NCBI GenBank assembly: GCA_903917615.1
Contig: CAIXBH010000093.1
Location: 1 to 54,500 of the forward strand
Direction of reading: 5' to 3'
Origin: an uncultured Chloroflexota bacterium
Lineage (GTDB): Bacteria > Chloroflexota > Dehalococcoidia > UBA2979
DNA: 54,500 nt
Part shown: one piece after another, positions 8,349 through 17,919 of the stretch
How positions within the stretch are numbered: the first letter of the stretch is position 1
Layout of the letters: the number at the start of each line of letters is the position of its first letter
Translations under genes and position numbers: made by a program
Notes under the pieces: model-generated
Seen by the model: only the letters and a program-made list of their open reading frames with translations
What the model was told of the DNA's origin: nothing
Databases searched by the model: none

Positions 8349-8791
8349 AGTTCGAACACACCATCACCGTCGAGGCGCCGATCGACGCCGTGCGCACGTT
8401 CTTCGAGGACGTGCCCGCGGTCGCCGCATGCGTGCCAGGCGTCGAGGACACCACCGCGGTCGAGCCGGACACGTACGAGGGCCGGCTGCGCATCCGCGTC
8501 GGGCCGCTCGCGTTCACGATCGCGGGCCGCGCGCACGTAGAGCAGGACGCGGACGGCACGTGGCGCATGAAGGGCGAGGGACGCGACGGCCGGATCGGCG
8601 CAGGCGTGAGCGCCGCCCTCGAGGCACGCCTGCGCGAGGTATCGCCCTCCACCACCGAGGTGCAGGCGACGGCCGACCTCCAGTTCTCGGGTCGCCTCGG
8701 CGAGCTCGGACAGCCGCTGATCCGCCGCAAGGCCGACGCCATGCTGGAGGAGTTCACCGAGAACCTGCAGCAGCGGTTCCGCTCGGCCTAG
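8345..8791 (+). CDS. SRPBCC/CoxG-family protein
   Basis: MKFEHTITVEAPIDAVRTFFEDVPAVAACVPGVE is a CoxG-like N-terminus. There is a 4-nt overlap with the upstream gene. Confidence 0.75.
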   Translation: MKFEHTITVEAPIDAVRTFFEDVPAVAACVPGVEDTTAVEPDTYEGRLRIRVGPLAFTIAGRAHVEQDADGTWRMKGEGRDGRIGAGVSAALEARLREVSPSTTEVQATADLQFSGRLGELGQPLIRRKADAMLEEFTENLQQRFRSA

Positions 8792-8815
8792 CGCCGAGCC
8801 GGAGAAGGTAGCGCG

Positions 8816-9892
8816 ATGCTCGATCGATTCAAGGTCCCCGAGGCCGACCAGGTCATCGTCCCGGAGCATGAGGTCCGGGACGCAACGCAGGCCATCTTCG
8901 AAGCCGTCGGACTCGAGGCGGACGACGCCCGCGTTGCAACCGATGTGCTGATCGCGAACGACCTCCGGGGCGTCGAGACCCACGGCGTCTCCAACCAGCT
9001 GCGCCTCTACCTGGCGAGCTACAAGGCGGGCGACCTCGTCGCGCGGCCGAAGATCGCCGTGGAGCGCGAGACGATGACCACGGCCGTCCTCGACGGGGGC
9101 GGTGGCCTCGGGCTGCACGTCGCGCCGTACGCGATGCAGCTGGCGATTGCGAAGGCGCGCGAGGCCGGCATGGGCGCGGTGAACGTGCACAACGTGGGGC
9201 ACATGGGCGGCGCTGGCTACCACGCCATGCTCGCGCTCCCGCACGACATGATCGGCGTCGCGATGTCGACGAGCGGCCGCGCGACCGTGCTGCCGACCTG
9301 GGGTGCGGAGCCGCGCCTCGGCACCAACCCCATCGCGTGGGCCGTCCCGGCCGCGACGATGCCCGCATTCGTCTTCGACATCGGGACGTCGCAGGTCGCG
9401 GTGAACAAGATGCGTCTCGCCGCTCGCGTTGGCGCGAAGATCGCGCCCGGCTGGATCGCAAAGCCGGACGGCACGCCGATCATGGACGAAGTCGACATGC
9501 CGGCGGAGTACCACCTGCTTCCGTTCGGCGGTACGCGCGAGCTGGGATCGCACAAGGGCTACGGGCTCGGCGCCGTCGTGCACATCCTCGGCGCGACGCT
9601 CTCGGGAATCGGACCAGGATTCATGAACGCCAGCCCGGGCTTCCACCTCATGGCGTACCGCATCGACGCCTTCACCGACCTGGCGAAGTTCAAGTCCGAC
9701 ATGGATGCGCTGCTGCGCGGGCTCATCGAGACGCGTCCGGCGCCCGGCGAGGCGCGCGTGGTGTACGCGGGACTCCTCGAGGCCGAGGAAGAGGCGCATC
9801 GCCGCGCGGTGGGGATCCCCTACCACTCCGAGGTGATCGAGTGGTTCCGCAGCGCCGAGCGCGAGTACGGCCTGCACTTCGCGTTCACCTAG
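8816..9892 (+). CDS. Ldh2-family (malate/L-lactate/sulfolactate/ureidoglycolate-type) dehydrogenase
   Basis: DLRGVETHGVS..LRLY and HKGYGLG motifs of the Ldh_2 family. GGAGAAGG RBS. Confidence 0.8.
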   Translation: MLDRFKVPEADQVIVPEHEVRDATQAIFEAVGLEADDARVATDVLIANDLRGVETHGVSNQLRLYLASYKAGDLVARPKIAVERETMTTAVLDGGGGLGLHVAPYAMQLAIAKAREAGMGAVNVHNVGHMGGAGYHAMLALPHDMIGVAMSTSGRATVLPTWGAEPRLGTNPIAWAVPAATMPAFVFDIGTSQVAVNKMRLAARVGAKIAPGWIAKPDGTPIMDEVDMPAEYHLLPFGGTRELGSHKGYGLGAVVHILGATLSGIGPGFMNASPGFHLMAYRIDAFTDLAKFKSDMDALLRGLIETRPAPGEARVVYAGLLEAEEEAHRRAVGIPYHSEVIEWFRSAEREYGLHFAFT

Positions 9893-9924
9893 CGCCGCAG
9901 ACGAACGCATGCGCAGGAAATAAC

Positions 9925-9950
9925 GTGCGGGCCGATTGCTCGGCCCGCAC
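9925..9950 (-). terminator. Stem-loop between convergent genes, probable intrinsic terminator of the minus-strand operon
   Basis: Perfect 10-bp stem gtgcgggccg/cggcccgcac with a 6-nt loop. On the minus strand it is followed by GTTATTTCC; on the plus strand there is no U tract. Confidence 0.6.
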
Positions 9951-9992
9951 GCCCCGGAGGGAACCGGGTCACAACGGTGGTGGGAGCGCGGG

Positions 9993-10382
9993 CTACATTC
10001 CCACGGGCTTGAACAGCGGGATCACGTAGTCGCCGTGCCGGTCGTGGCTCTCCTCCCAGACGAGCTCCATCGGCATCGCATCCGCGAGTTCGGTCTCCTC
10101 GAACTCCTTCGGCATGCAGCAGACGAAGATCGGCCCCTCGTCGAGTTCGACCGCGACGGCAGTGTGCAGCGCGGGGTACTCAGGGAAGTACTGACGGTGG
10201 AACACGATCCACGACAGCACGTGTCCCTTGCCGGAGATCGGCACCCACGAGTAGTCCGGCGAAAGGCAGTGGTCACAGACCGCGGCGGCGGGCCAACGAA
10301 GCTTCTGGCACTCGTCGCACTGCTGCATCCGGAACTCCCGCTGGTTCGCGTAGTCCCAGAACTCGGTCGCGAACGGGTCCAT
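9993..10382 (-). CDS. DUF35 OB-fold/zinc-ribbon protein (thiolase partner)
   Basis: MDPFATEFWDYANQREFRMQQCDECQKLRWPAAAVCDHC is a rubredoxin-like zinc ribbon followed by an OB-fold region. The listed ORF's upstream extension is Arg/Pro-rich and overlaps the thiolase gene. Confidence 0.8.
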   Translation of the reverse strand: MDPFATEFWDYANQREFRMQQCDECQKLRWPAAAVCDHCLSPDYSWVPISGKGHVLSWIVFHRQYFPEYPALHTAVAVELDEGPIFVCCMPKEFEETELADAMPMELVWEESHDRHGDYVIPLFKPVGM

Positions 10383-10408
10383 CACTCGAGGTGGACGTTC
10401 GGTTGCCA

Positions 10409-11626
10409 CTATCGGTCTCCCCTCGTGTAGATGACGCTGAGGCACTTGCCGGCGACGTCGTGGACGTACTGGCCGACCTGCGCGCCCTGCACCTGGCGCT
10501 CGGTGCCCTCGTACGAGTGGCGCAGCTGGCGGATCAGCTCCGGCTGGTGGTTCCACGACTGCATATATGACTCGGACAGCATGCCGCCCGAGGTATTGCA
10601 CGGGATCTCGCCGCCGATCTCGATGCGCCCGTCCTGGATGAACGCGCCGCCTTCGCCGTCGCCGCAGAAGCCGAAGCCCTCGAGGCTGAACAACAGGTGC
10701 GTGCTGAACGAGTCGTACGTGGCATAGACGTCCACGTCCTTCTGGGTCACGTCCGCCATCGGGTACAGCTGCTCGCGCACGGCGTGGTGCGCCGGCTTGT
10801 AGAAGTCCTTGAGCCGCGGGCGGAGCTGCGTCGAGTCGACATCGAGCTCAGACCAGCCGATCCCACTGACGTTGATCGGCAGGTTCTTGCCGTCCTTCGC
10901 CATGTCGGCGCGCTGGATGATGAACGCGACCCCGCCGTCGTTGATGAGGCAGTAGTCGAAGAGGTGGAACGGCGCGCTGATGTAGCGCGACTCCATGTAG
11001 TCCTCGATGGTGATCGGCTTGCCGTACATCACCGCGTTCGGGTTCATCGAGGCGTGCTTGCGGAAGGCGACCGCGACCGCGCCAAGCTGTTCCTCGGTGG
11101 TGCCGTACTGGAGCTGGTGCCGGCGGAACATCATCGAGTACAGGCCGCCCTGCGAGGTCATGCCCCAGGGCGCGTAGTAGACGTATGAGAGGATGCCGGC
11201 GTCCGTCACGCGTGGGCCGCCGTAAGCGGTGTCCATCGACCGCTGCGCGTTGCCGTACACGAGCGCGACCGTGTGGCAGAGGCCCGCGTTGATCGCCTGC
11301 ACGGCCGCGATGATTCCGCGAGGGGCGTCCCCGGACACGCACCAGGAGGCGTTGATGCCGAGCACCTCGCAGGTGCGCTCGGTGGACATCGGCCCGCCGA
11401 CGACGAGGCCGTCGATGGCGCTTTTGTCGATGCCGGCGTCGTCGAGCGCGCGCTTCAGCGCCTTCGCGGCGAGCTGGTAGGAGTTGAGCGTGCCGGAGCC
11501 CTTCTCCGTCGCGTTCCCGCGCGCGCCTGCGCGGTAGTCCTCCCGGTAGTCCGTTTCCCCGACGCCGATCACGGCGACGGTGTCCTTCAGTCGCTTCAGT
11601 CGGTCGAGCTCAACTACGCCCGCCAT
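10409..11626 (-). CDS. Thiolase-like protein (SCP-x / lipid-transfer-protein type)
   Basis: VAVIGVGETDY N-terminus, NTSGGMLSE near the C-terminus, and an adjacent DUF35 gene. GGGAG lies 6 nt upstream of ATG 11626; ATG 11632 has no spacer. Confidence 0.8.
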   Translation of the reverse strand: MAGVVELDRLKRLKDTVAVIGVGETDYREDYRAGARGNATEKGSGTLNSYQLAAKALKRALDDAGIDKSAIDGLVVGGPMSTERTCEVLGINASWCVSGDAPRGIIAAVQAINAGLCHTVALVYGNAQRSMDTAYGGPRVTDAGILSYVYYAPWGMTSQGGLYSMMFRRHQLQYGTTEEQLGAVAVAFRKHASMNPNAVMYGKPITIEDYMESRYISAPFHLFDYCLINDGGVAFIIQRADMAKDGKNLPINVSGIGWSELDVDSTQLRPRLKDFYKPAHHAVREQLYPMADVTQKDVDVYATYDSFSTHLLFSLEGFGFCGDGEGGAFIQDGRIEIGGEIPCNTSGGMLSESYMQSWNHQPELIRQLRHSYEGTERQVQGAQVGQYVHDVAGKCLSVIYTRGDR

Positions 11627-11754
11627 GTGCATCTCCCTAGACTGCTGCTCTCAGCCGATCGCGCCGAATGGCGCCATCCCGGCCACGACGTCCCCGCGTT
11701 GTTCGTCCCTTGCGTGCCCCCTCCCGACGACGCTCCCCCCGGTGCGCGGAAAGA

Positions 11755-14163
11755 CTACTCCCCGCCACCCGACGCGACAGCCGTCGAGGCGAATGTCCCG
11801 GCTGCGGTCAGTCGCCGAATGTCGGCGTCGCTGAACCCGGCCGTCCGCGCGATCTCCTCGGTGTGCTGGCCGAGCAGCGGTGGCGCCGTGCGCAACGCCG
11901 CGAGCTCCGTGTCGAACATCCACGGGGTGTTCACCACCCGGATGAGCCCGGCCGCGGGATGCGCCATCGTGCGGATCATGTCCAGCGCGTGCGTTTGCGG
12001 ATGCTCGACGACTTCGCCCAGGTCGAGCATCCGCCCGAACATCCCGCCCGCCTCGTCCTCGACGACGCGGCGGATGTCCTCCCAGTGCCACGTGGCAAGC
12101 GTCCGGTTGATCTCCACACGCACATCATCGAGGTACGCGAAGATCGCCTCGCGGCTCGAGAACCGCGGATCCTCGAGGAGGTCGGCGCGCCCGATGCCGT
12201 TCAGGAACGGGATCCAGCCCTTCTCGTAGTCACGGAAGTTGCTGATGTAGATGGGACCATCCGCGCACAGGTAGCCGTGATCGGGCTCCGCGTTGAGACC
12301 GGTGACCGCGTTCGAGATCTGGTCGGCCGGGTGCCGCTCGGCCGTGAACGTCCACTGATACACGCCGACCTCAGAGCCAAGCAGCGAGACGTCCGCGTGC
12401 TGCCCGAGTCCCGAGCGCTCCCGCCAGATGAGCGCCGCGAGGATGCCCTGGAAGCCCGACATCCCGCCGGACATGCTCGCCTGGTCCAGCCCGAAGCGCA
12501 GCGGCTCCTCGCCCGGGACGCCGAGGTGCCGGTTGGCCCCCACTGCCGCCTGCACGTCGAGTTCGGTCGCCGGCTGGTCGGCCAGCGGCCCGGTGGTGCC
12601 GTTGCCCGTGATCGAGCAGTAGATCAGCCGCGGATTGAGCTCGCTCAGGGTCGCGTAGTCGAGGCCGAGCCGCTTCATGACCCCGGGCCGGTACCCCTCC
12701 ACGACGATGTCGGCGTCCTGTACGAGGCTGCGCGCCAGCGCGAGGCCCTCGGCGGTCTTGAGGTCGATCGCCGCGCCACGCTTGTTCCGGTTGAGCTGCA
12801 GGAACAGCGCACTCTCGCCGCCCTGGAACGGCGGCACCTGGCGCAGCCAGTCGCCCTCCGGCGGCTCGACCTTCACCACCTCCGCGCCGAGGTCACCCAG
12901 CTGCATCGCAGCGAGCGGACCTGACATGCCCTGAGAGAAGTCCACGACCTTCAGCCCGGAGAGCGCGAGACCCTGGAGCGGACGCTCAGGAGACGGAGCA
13001 GGCGGCTCGAAGGCCTGCAGCTCCGCCATCACCTCGTCCTGGTGCTCGCCGAACTTCGGCGCCGGACGCACGATGCGCGCCTCGGTCTTGTCGAAGTGCC
13101 AGTGCGGCTCTGCCGTGACGATCTCGCCGCCGTCCATCGGCAGCACCGAGACCATGTGTTCGGCAGCGACCTGCGCGTTGTCGAGGAGCGAGTCGGCGAG
13201 CGTCGGTAGCTTCTGGAACTCGCCAACAGGCACGTGCGCCTCGCGCAGCCGTGCGATCCACGCCGCGGAGGTCTGCGCGCGGAAGCGTTCCTGCAGCGCC
13301 GGCACGAGGTCGTCGCGGTGCTCGACACGCGCGGCCAGCGAGGTGTAGCGCGAGTCGCTCGCCAGGGCGTCTGCCCCGAGCGCCTCGCACAGTCGATGCC
13401 AGATCCGGTCGGTCGGCGCGCTGACCGTCACCCAACCGTCGGCAGTTTCGAAAGCCTGGTCCGGCACGATATTCGCCCGGGCGCTGCCGAGACGAGCCGG
13501 AGCCTTCCCCGTCGCGAGGTACTCCGCGATGCGCGTGGTGCCGGCAAGCAGCGTCGACTGGAATTGCGACGTCTGGACGCGCAGCCCCCGGCCGGTGCGC
13601 TCGCGCACGTAGAGCGCGATGAGCATCGCCTCGGTGTTCACCATCGCGCCGTTCCAGTCGAGCGACGAGGTACCGCGAGAGAACTCCGGTGGCCCGCCCG
13701 CGGGCCCCTGCATGCTGCTCGCGCCGCCGTACGCCTGCGCGATCCACTCGACGCTGGGACGACCGTCCAGCGGCCCTCGCGGGCCGAAGGCGCTGCTCTG
13801 AAGGTAGACGATGCGCGGGTTCGCCTCGCGCATGACTGACCAGCCCAGGCCGAGGCGCTCCATCACGGCCGGTGAGCGGAAGTTATCGACGACGACATCC
13901 GCCATCTGCACGAGTTCGAGCGCCGTCTGGCGATCCTCGTCGTTCTTCAGGTCGAGGATGATGCCGCGCTTGCCGATGTTGTTGCCGTTGAAGGTGTGGC
14001 CCGCCCAGTCCTGGCCGCCCTTGCCTCGGCGCACCATGTCGCCGGCGGGCGACTCGATCTTGATGACGTCCGCGCCGAGCCACGCGAGATACTCAGCGGA
14101 GATCGGGCCGACCGCCGCGATACCGAAGTCGAGGACGCGAATCCCGGCGAGCGGAGCTTCCAT
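11755..14163 (-). CDS. Tandem-fused double family-III CoA-transferase (CaiB/BaiF-type), 802 aa
   Basis: Two copies of the N-terminal signature: LAGIRVLDFGIAAVGPISAEYLAWLGADVIKIESPAGD, and LSGLKVVDFSQGMSGPLAAMQLGDLGAEVVKVEPPEGD starting near nt 12950. The listed 1125-aa ORF reads through the upstream permease gene in another frame. ATG 14163 is preceded by GGGAAGG. Confidence 0.85.
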   Translation of the reverse strand: MEAPLAGIRVLDFGIAAVGPISAEYLAWLGADVIKIESPAGDMVRRGKGGQDWAGHTFNGNNIGKRGIILDLKNDEDRQTALELVQMADVVVDNFRSPAVMERLGLGWSVMREANPRIVYLQSSAFGPRGPLDGRPSVEWIAQAYGGASSMQGPAGGPPEFSRGTSSLDWNGAMVNTEAMLIALYVRERTGRGLRVQTSQFQSTLLAGTTRIAEYLATGKAPARLGSARANIVPDQAFETADGWVTVSAPTDRIWHRLCEALGADALASDSRYTSLAARVEHRDDLVPALQERFRAQTSAAWIARLREAHVPVGEFQKLPTLADSLLDNAQVAAEHMVSVLPMDGGEIVTAEPHWHFDKTEARIVRPAPKFGEHQDEVMAELQAFEPPAPSPERPLQGLALSGLKVVDFSQGMSGPLAAMQLGDLGAEVVKVEPPEGDWLRQVPPFQGGESALFLQLNRNKRGAAIDLKTAEGLALARSLVQDADIVVEGYRPGVMKRLGLDYATLSELNPRLIYCSITGNGTTGPLADQPATELDVQAAVGANRHLGVPGEEPLRFGLDQASMSGGMSGFQGILAALIWRERSGLGQHADVSLLGSEVGVYQWTFTAERHPADQISNAVTGLNAEPDHGYLCADGPIYISNFRDYEKGWIPFLNGIGRADLLEDPRFSSREAIFAYLDDVRVEINRTLATWHWEDIRRVVEDEAGGMFGRMLDLGEVVEHPQTHALDMIRTMAHPAAGLIRVVNTPWMFDTELAALRTAPPLLGQHTEEIARTAGFSDADIRRLTAAGTFASTAVASGGGE

Positions 14164-14177
14164 CGGACGAGCCTTCC

Positions 14178-15092
14178 CTACCGCGATCCGCGCAGGCGCG
14201 GGTCGAGGACATCGCGCAGCGCATCGCCGAACATGTTTGCGCTGTAGACCGTCGCGGCCAGCACGGCGCCCGGCCAGATCACGATCCAGGGATTCGCGAC
14301 CATGTTCTGCACCGCGCTGCCGGTCAGCATCCCGCCCCACGTCGGCTGAGGAGGCGGCACGCCATAGCCGAGGAACGACAGGCCGGCCTCCGCGAGCACG
14401 AACCCGCCGAGGGCCGTCGTCGCGAGCACGATGAGCACCGGCATGATGTTCGGGAGAATGTGCCGGAGCAGCAGCCGAGCGTCGGTCGCGCCGAGCGAAC
14501 GCGCCGCATCGACGAACGGACGGTTCTGAATCTGCAGCACGCTCGACCGCACGACGCGGCTCTGCTGAATCCCGCCCGACACGCCGAGCACGACGATGAT
14601 GTTGAGCATGCTCTGTCCGAACAGCGACACGAGCAGCACGGCGATCACCAGCCCGGGTAGTGCCAGCCAGGCGTCGATCACGCGCAGGAAGAACAGGTCG
14701 AACCGCCCACCGACGTAGGCGGTGATGCCGCCGATCACCAGCGAAATCAGCGTCGCAACCACCACGCCGACGACGGCAATCGTGACCGAGATGCGCGCAC
14801 CGTACGTGACGCGGCTGAAGAGATCGCGCCCGAGCTCGTCGGTCCCGAAGAGATGCTCGATCGTTGGGCCCTCGAGGCGGCTCGCGAGGTCCGTTGCGTT
14901 GAACTCGTACGGCGCGATCTGCGGCGCGAACGCTGCCCAGAGCATCGCCATCGCGAGCAGCACCGCCCCCAGCGCGCCGAGCGGCTTCCGGCGCACGAAG
15001 CGCAGCACTTCGCCGCGCCAGTTCCGCTCCTTCGGCACCTGCTCGCCAAGCGTGACCGACTGGCCGACACCGGCGTCGATGTTCGAGGTCAT
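14178..15092 (-). CDS. ABC transporter permease (DppC/OppC-type), operon 1
   Basis: LFGTDELGRDLFSRV motif and multiple TM helices. ATGA overlap with the upstream permease stop. Confidence 0.85.
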   Translation of the reverse strand: MTSNIDAGVGQSVTLGEQVPKERNWRGEVLRFVRRKPLGALGAVLLAMAMLWAAFAPQIAPYEFNATDLASRLEGPTIEHLFGTDELGRDLFSRVTYGARISVTIAVVGVVVATLISLVIGGITAYVGGRFDLFFLRVIDAWLALPGLVIAVLLVSLFGQSMLNIIVVLGVSGGIQQSRVVRSSVLQIQNRPFVDAARSLGATDARLLLRHILPNIMPVLIVLATTALGGFVLAEAGLSFLGYGVPPPQPTWGGMLTGSAVQNMVANPWIVIWPGAVLAATVYSANMFGDALRDVLDPRLRGSR

Positions 15093-16054
15093 CGTCCGCC
15101 TCCGAGACGCACACGCGGATCGAGTACGCCATACGCGAGGTCGACCGTGAGATTCACGACCGCCGTGGAACACGCCATCACGATGACGATGCCCTGCACG
15201 AGCGGGTAGTCCCGTTTCGGCAGCGCCTGCGAGATCAGCAGCTGCCCCATCCCGGGGATCGCGAAGAGCGTTTCGAGGATCACGATGCCACCGATGCCGA
15301 CCACCACCTGGATGCCCATCAACGTGATCACCGGCATGAGAGCGTTCTTGAACACGTGCCGCCAGATGACCGCGCGCTCCTGCAGCCCCTTCGAGTAGGC
15401 CGTCCGGATGTAGTCCTCGCGCAGCACCTCGAGCATCGTCGTGCGCATCAGGCGCATAACCGGCGCGCCGAGGAACACCGCGAGAATGAGCGACGGGACC
15501 ATCAACAACTCGAGGTTGCTGATCGGGTCTACCCAGAGCGGCTTGAAGTCACGGAGCGGCGTCCAGCCGAAGAACTTCGCGGGCAGCACGATCGACATCG
15601 TGCCCACCCAGAAGATCGGGACGGACAGCCCGAGGATCGCAAGCGACCGGGCACCCTGATCGAGCCACCCGTCCGGGCGCCGCGCCGAGATGACGCCAAC
15701 GCCGACGCCCCAGATCCAGCCCATCGCCACGGAGAGCAGCAGCGTCTCGAGCGTCGTCGGAAGGCGTCCCTTGATCTCGTCGATCACCGGTCGGCGTGTC
15801 CAGATGGAGGTGCCGAGATCACCGCGCGCCGTGTTCGCCCAGAACTTCACGAACTGCACCGGCAGCGGATCGGCAAGCCCGAGACGCTCCTTGAGCGCCT
15901 GCACGTTGGCTGCGCTGAACGCCTCGCCGTTGTTTCCCAACATCATCGAGGCTGCGTCACCCGGCAGAATCCGGGTCATTCCGAAGATCAGCGTTCCCGC
16001 CAGGAACAGCGTCGGAATGATGAGGAGCACTCGCTGCGCCAGATACTTGGACAT
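15089..16054 (-). CDS. ABC transporter permease (DppB/OppB-type), operon 1
   Basis: MSKYLAQRVLLIIPTLFLAGTLIF N-terminus and EDYIRTAYSKGL motif. Confidence 0.85.
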   Translation of the reverse strand: MSKYLAQRVLLIIPTLFLAGTLIFGMTRILPGDAASMMLGNNGEAFSAANVQALKERLGLADPLPVQFVKFWANTARGDLGTSIWTRRPVIDEIKGRLPTTLETLLLSVAMGWIWGVGVGVISARRPDGWLDQGARSLAILGLSVPIFWVGTMSIVLPAKFFGWTPLRDFKPLWVDPISNLELLMVPSLILAVFLGAPVMRLMRTTMLEVLREDYIRTAYSKGLQERAVIWRHVFKNALMPVITLMGIQVVVGIGGIVILETLFAIPGMGQLLISQALPKRDYPLVQGIVIVMACSTAVVNLTVDLAYGVLDPRVRLGGGR

Positions 16055-16077
16055 CGAACCCTCGATGGGCCGCGAGC

Positions 16078-16113
16078 CCGGTCGGCCGCGCCACGAGTGG
16101 TACGGCCGACCGG
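16078..16113 (-). promoter_or_regulatory. Intercistronic stem-loop between the SBP and first permease gene (operon 1)
   Basis: 11-bp stem ccggtcggccg/cggccgaccgg with a 14-nt loop, in the 80-nt spacer. Confidence 0.5.
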
Positions 16114-16134
16114 TTCGCACGTAGACGCGAGCGG

Positions 16135-17919
16135 TTAGGCGTCCTTCCAGACGTACTTCATGATGTTCCAGTTCCAGCCCGGAGGCGGACGGAAGTTGTG
16201 CACCTTCTTGTTGGACACCACGGGGCTGTCCGGTGCCGGCCAGTAGAAGTTGAAGACGTTGCGGGCCCAGCGCTTCTGCATGTCGTAGATGAGCTCACGA
16301 CGGGCGTTGCGGTCCTGGGTGATGCGCTGCTTCTCCGCCACCTCGCGGAACGCCACGTACTCCGGGTCGTTCTTCGCGAGGACGCCGTAGACGTCCTTGC
16401 CGCCGACCGTGCCGCCGCCCATGCCCACCTGCGCGTACGCGTACGACTGGATGTCCGGCCGCACGATGAACGACTGGTAGATGCCGTTGTCCGGGAACGT
16501 CTTACCGCCGATGTGCGCCGCGTAGTCGACGATCTTCGTCTCCTGCGTGATGCCGACGTTCGCGAGCATCGACTGCATGAGGTCCGCGAACGGGTACGTC
16601 ACCGTGTACGCGCCGATGTTCGAGGTCTGCAGTGTGAACTTGAACTTCTCGACCCCTGCCGCGCTGAGCAGCTTCTTCGCCTCGGCCGCGTCGAAGGTCG
16701 TCAGGTACTTGCCGTCCTCGCCCATCTTCGCGGGGTCGAGCGCCCAGTAGGTCAGCCACGGCAGCACCATCGAGCCGCTCCGGCCACGGCCCTGCAGCAG
16801 GTTCTTGATCCATGACTGCCGGTCGATCGCGAGCGAGAGCGCGCGACGCACGCGCACGTCGTTGAACGGCGCCGCGGTCATGTCGAACACCCACGGGTTC
16901 CAGACCATGCACGGTTGCCAGTCCACCTGCAGGTTCGGGGACTTCGCCAGCTCGAGCCCCTGCTGCACCGAGAACTGCGTCAGCGGGCCGAACGCGTCGA
17001 TGGATCCCGCCTGCAGCGCCGCGGACGCCGCTGCGGTGTCGATGATGAACGGGTGCTCGATGCCATCCAGGTACGGCAGGTTCTTGTCGTAGAAGTTCGG
17101 GTTCCGCTTCATCTTGAAGCCGGAAGCCGGGACGTACTCCGAGGGGAAGAACGGACCGCCGCCGCGGATCTGCTCCGCCGACGTGATGTCGCCGTATCCC
17201 GGCGCGGTCTTCCCGAGGTCGGTCCCCTTCTTGGTGATGACCTCCTTGTGCTCGACGGCCCACCAGTGGGCGCCCATGAGCGGGAGGAAGTCGGCGTCCG
17301 GCCGCGCGAGCTTCACCTGCACGGTGTAGTCGTCGATAGCCTTCACCGCGGGCTTGCGGTCCGGGTACATGTCGCGGAGGTTCGCCTCGAGCACGCCGAG
17401 CGGCGTGCGGATCGCGGCCTGGCGCTCGAACGTCCAGACCACGTCCTCCGCCTTCACCTCGAGGCCGTCGGACGTCTTCACGCCCTTGCGCAGCTTGAAG
17501 GTGTAGGTCAGGCCCTGGTCGGGCGTCTCCCAGGACTCCGCGAGGTCAGGAATGACGGCCTCGACCGGCCCCGGGCTGTCGGGACGCTCGTCCCACTGGG
17601 TCAGCTTCACACCCGTGAGGTTCGAGATGGACCCCATCGCCGAGCCGTTGGTGCGGTCGTAGTCGAGGCTCGGCACGTCGCCGCCGAGCTGGCCCGCGAT
17701 GCGGAGCACACCGCCACGCTTCGCCGCCGATGCGTTCGCCACCGCCGTGGGCGTGCCCTGTACTGCTGACCCTGCGGGCGCGGCGGTCTTCGAACCGCTG
17801 CTGCAGCCGATCAGCGCCGCACCTGCCAGGCCCGCCCCCGCAAGGGCGGAAGTGCCGAGGAAGCGGCGGCGCGAGATCCCCCCGGCGCCTCGGGTCATCC
17901 AGTACTGCTGATCGCCCAT
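16135..17919 (-). CDS. ABC transporter substrate-binding protein, family 5 (peptide/nickel/opine type), Tat-signal lipoprotein
   Basis: ISRRRFLGTSALAGAGLAGAALIGCSS is a twin-arginine signal plus lipobox. Size and motifs fit SBP_bac_5. GGAGGGAACAC RBS. Confidence 0.85.
   Translation of the reverse strand: MGDQQYWMTRGAGGISRRRFLGTSALAGAGLAGAALIGCSSGSKTAAPAGSAVQGTPTAVANASAAKRGGVLRIAGQLGGDVPSLDYDRTNGSAMGSISNLTGVKLTQWDERPDSPGPVEAVIPDLAESWETPDQGLTYTFKLRKGVKTSDGLEVKAEDVVWTFERQAAIRTPLGVLEANLRDMYPDRKPAVKAIDDYTVQVKLARPDADFLPLMGAHWWAVEHKEVITKKGTDLGKTAPGYGDITSAEQIRGGGPFFPSEYVPASGFKMKRNPNFYDKNLPYLDGIEHPFIIDTAAASAALQAGSIDAFGPLTQFSVQQGLELAKSPNLQVDWQPCMVWNPWVFDMTAAPFNDVRVRRALSLAIDRQSWIKNLLQGRGRSGSMVLPWLTYWALDPAKMGEDGKYLTTFDAAEAKKLLSAAGVEKFKFTLQTSNIGAYTVTYPFADLMQSMLANVGITQETKIVDYAAHIGGKTFPDNGIYQSFIVRPDIQSYAYAQVGMGGGTVGGKDVYGVLAKNDPEYVAFREVAEKQRITQDRNARRELIYDMQKRWARNVFNFYWPAPDSPVVSNKKVHNFRPPPGWNWNIMKYVWKDA

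Noticed and set aside
4782-8791. Annotation of the CoxLSM-like genes as aerobic carbon monoxide dehydrogenase.
   Set aside because: I could not find the CODH active-site loop signatures in the large subunit, and the gene order differs from cox operons. The generic xanthine-dehydrogenase-family call is safer.
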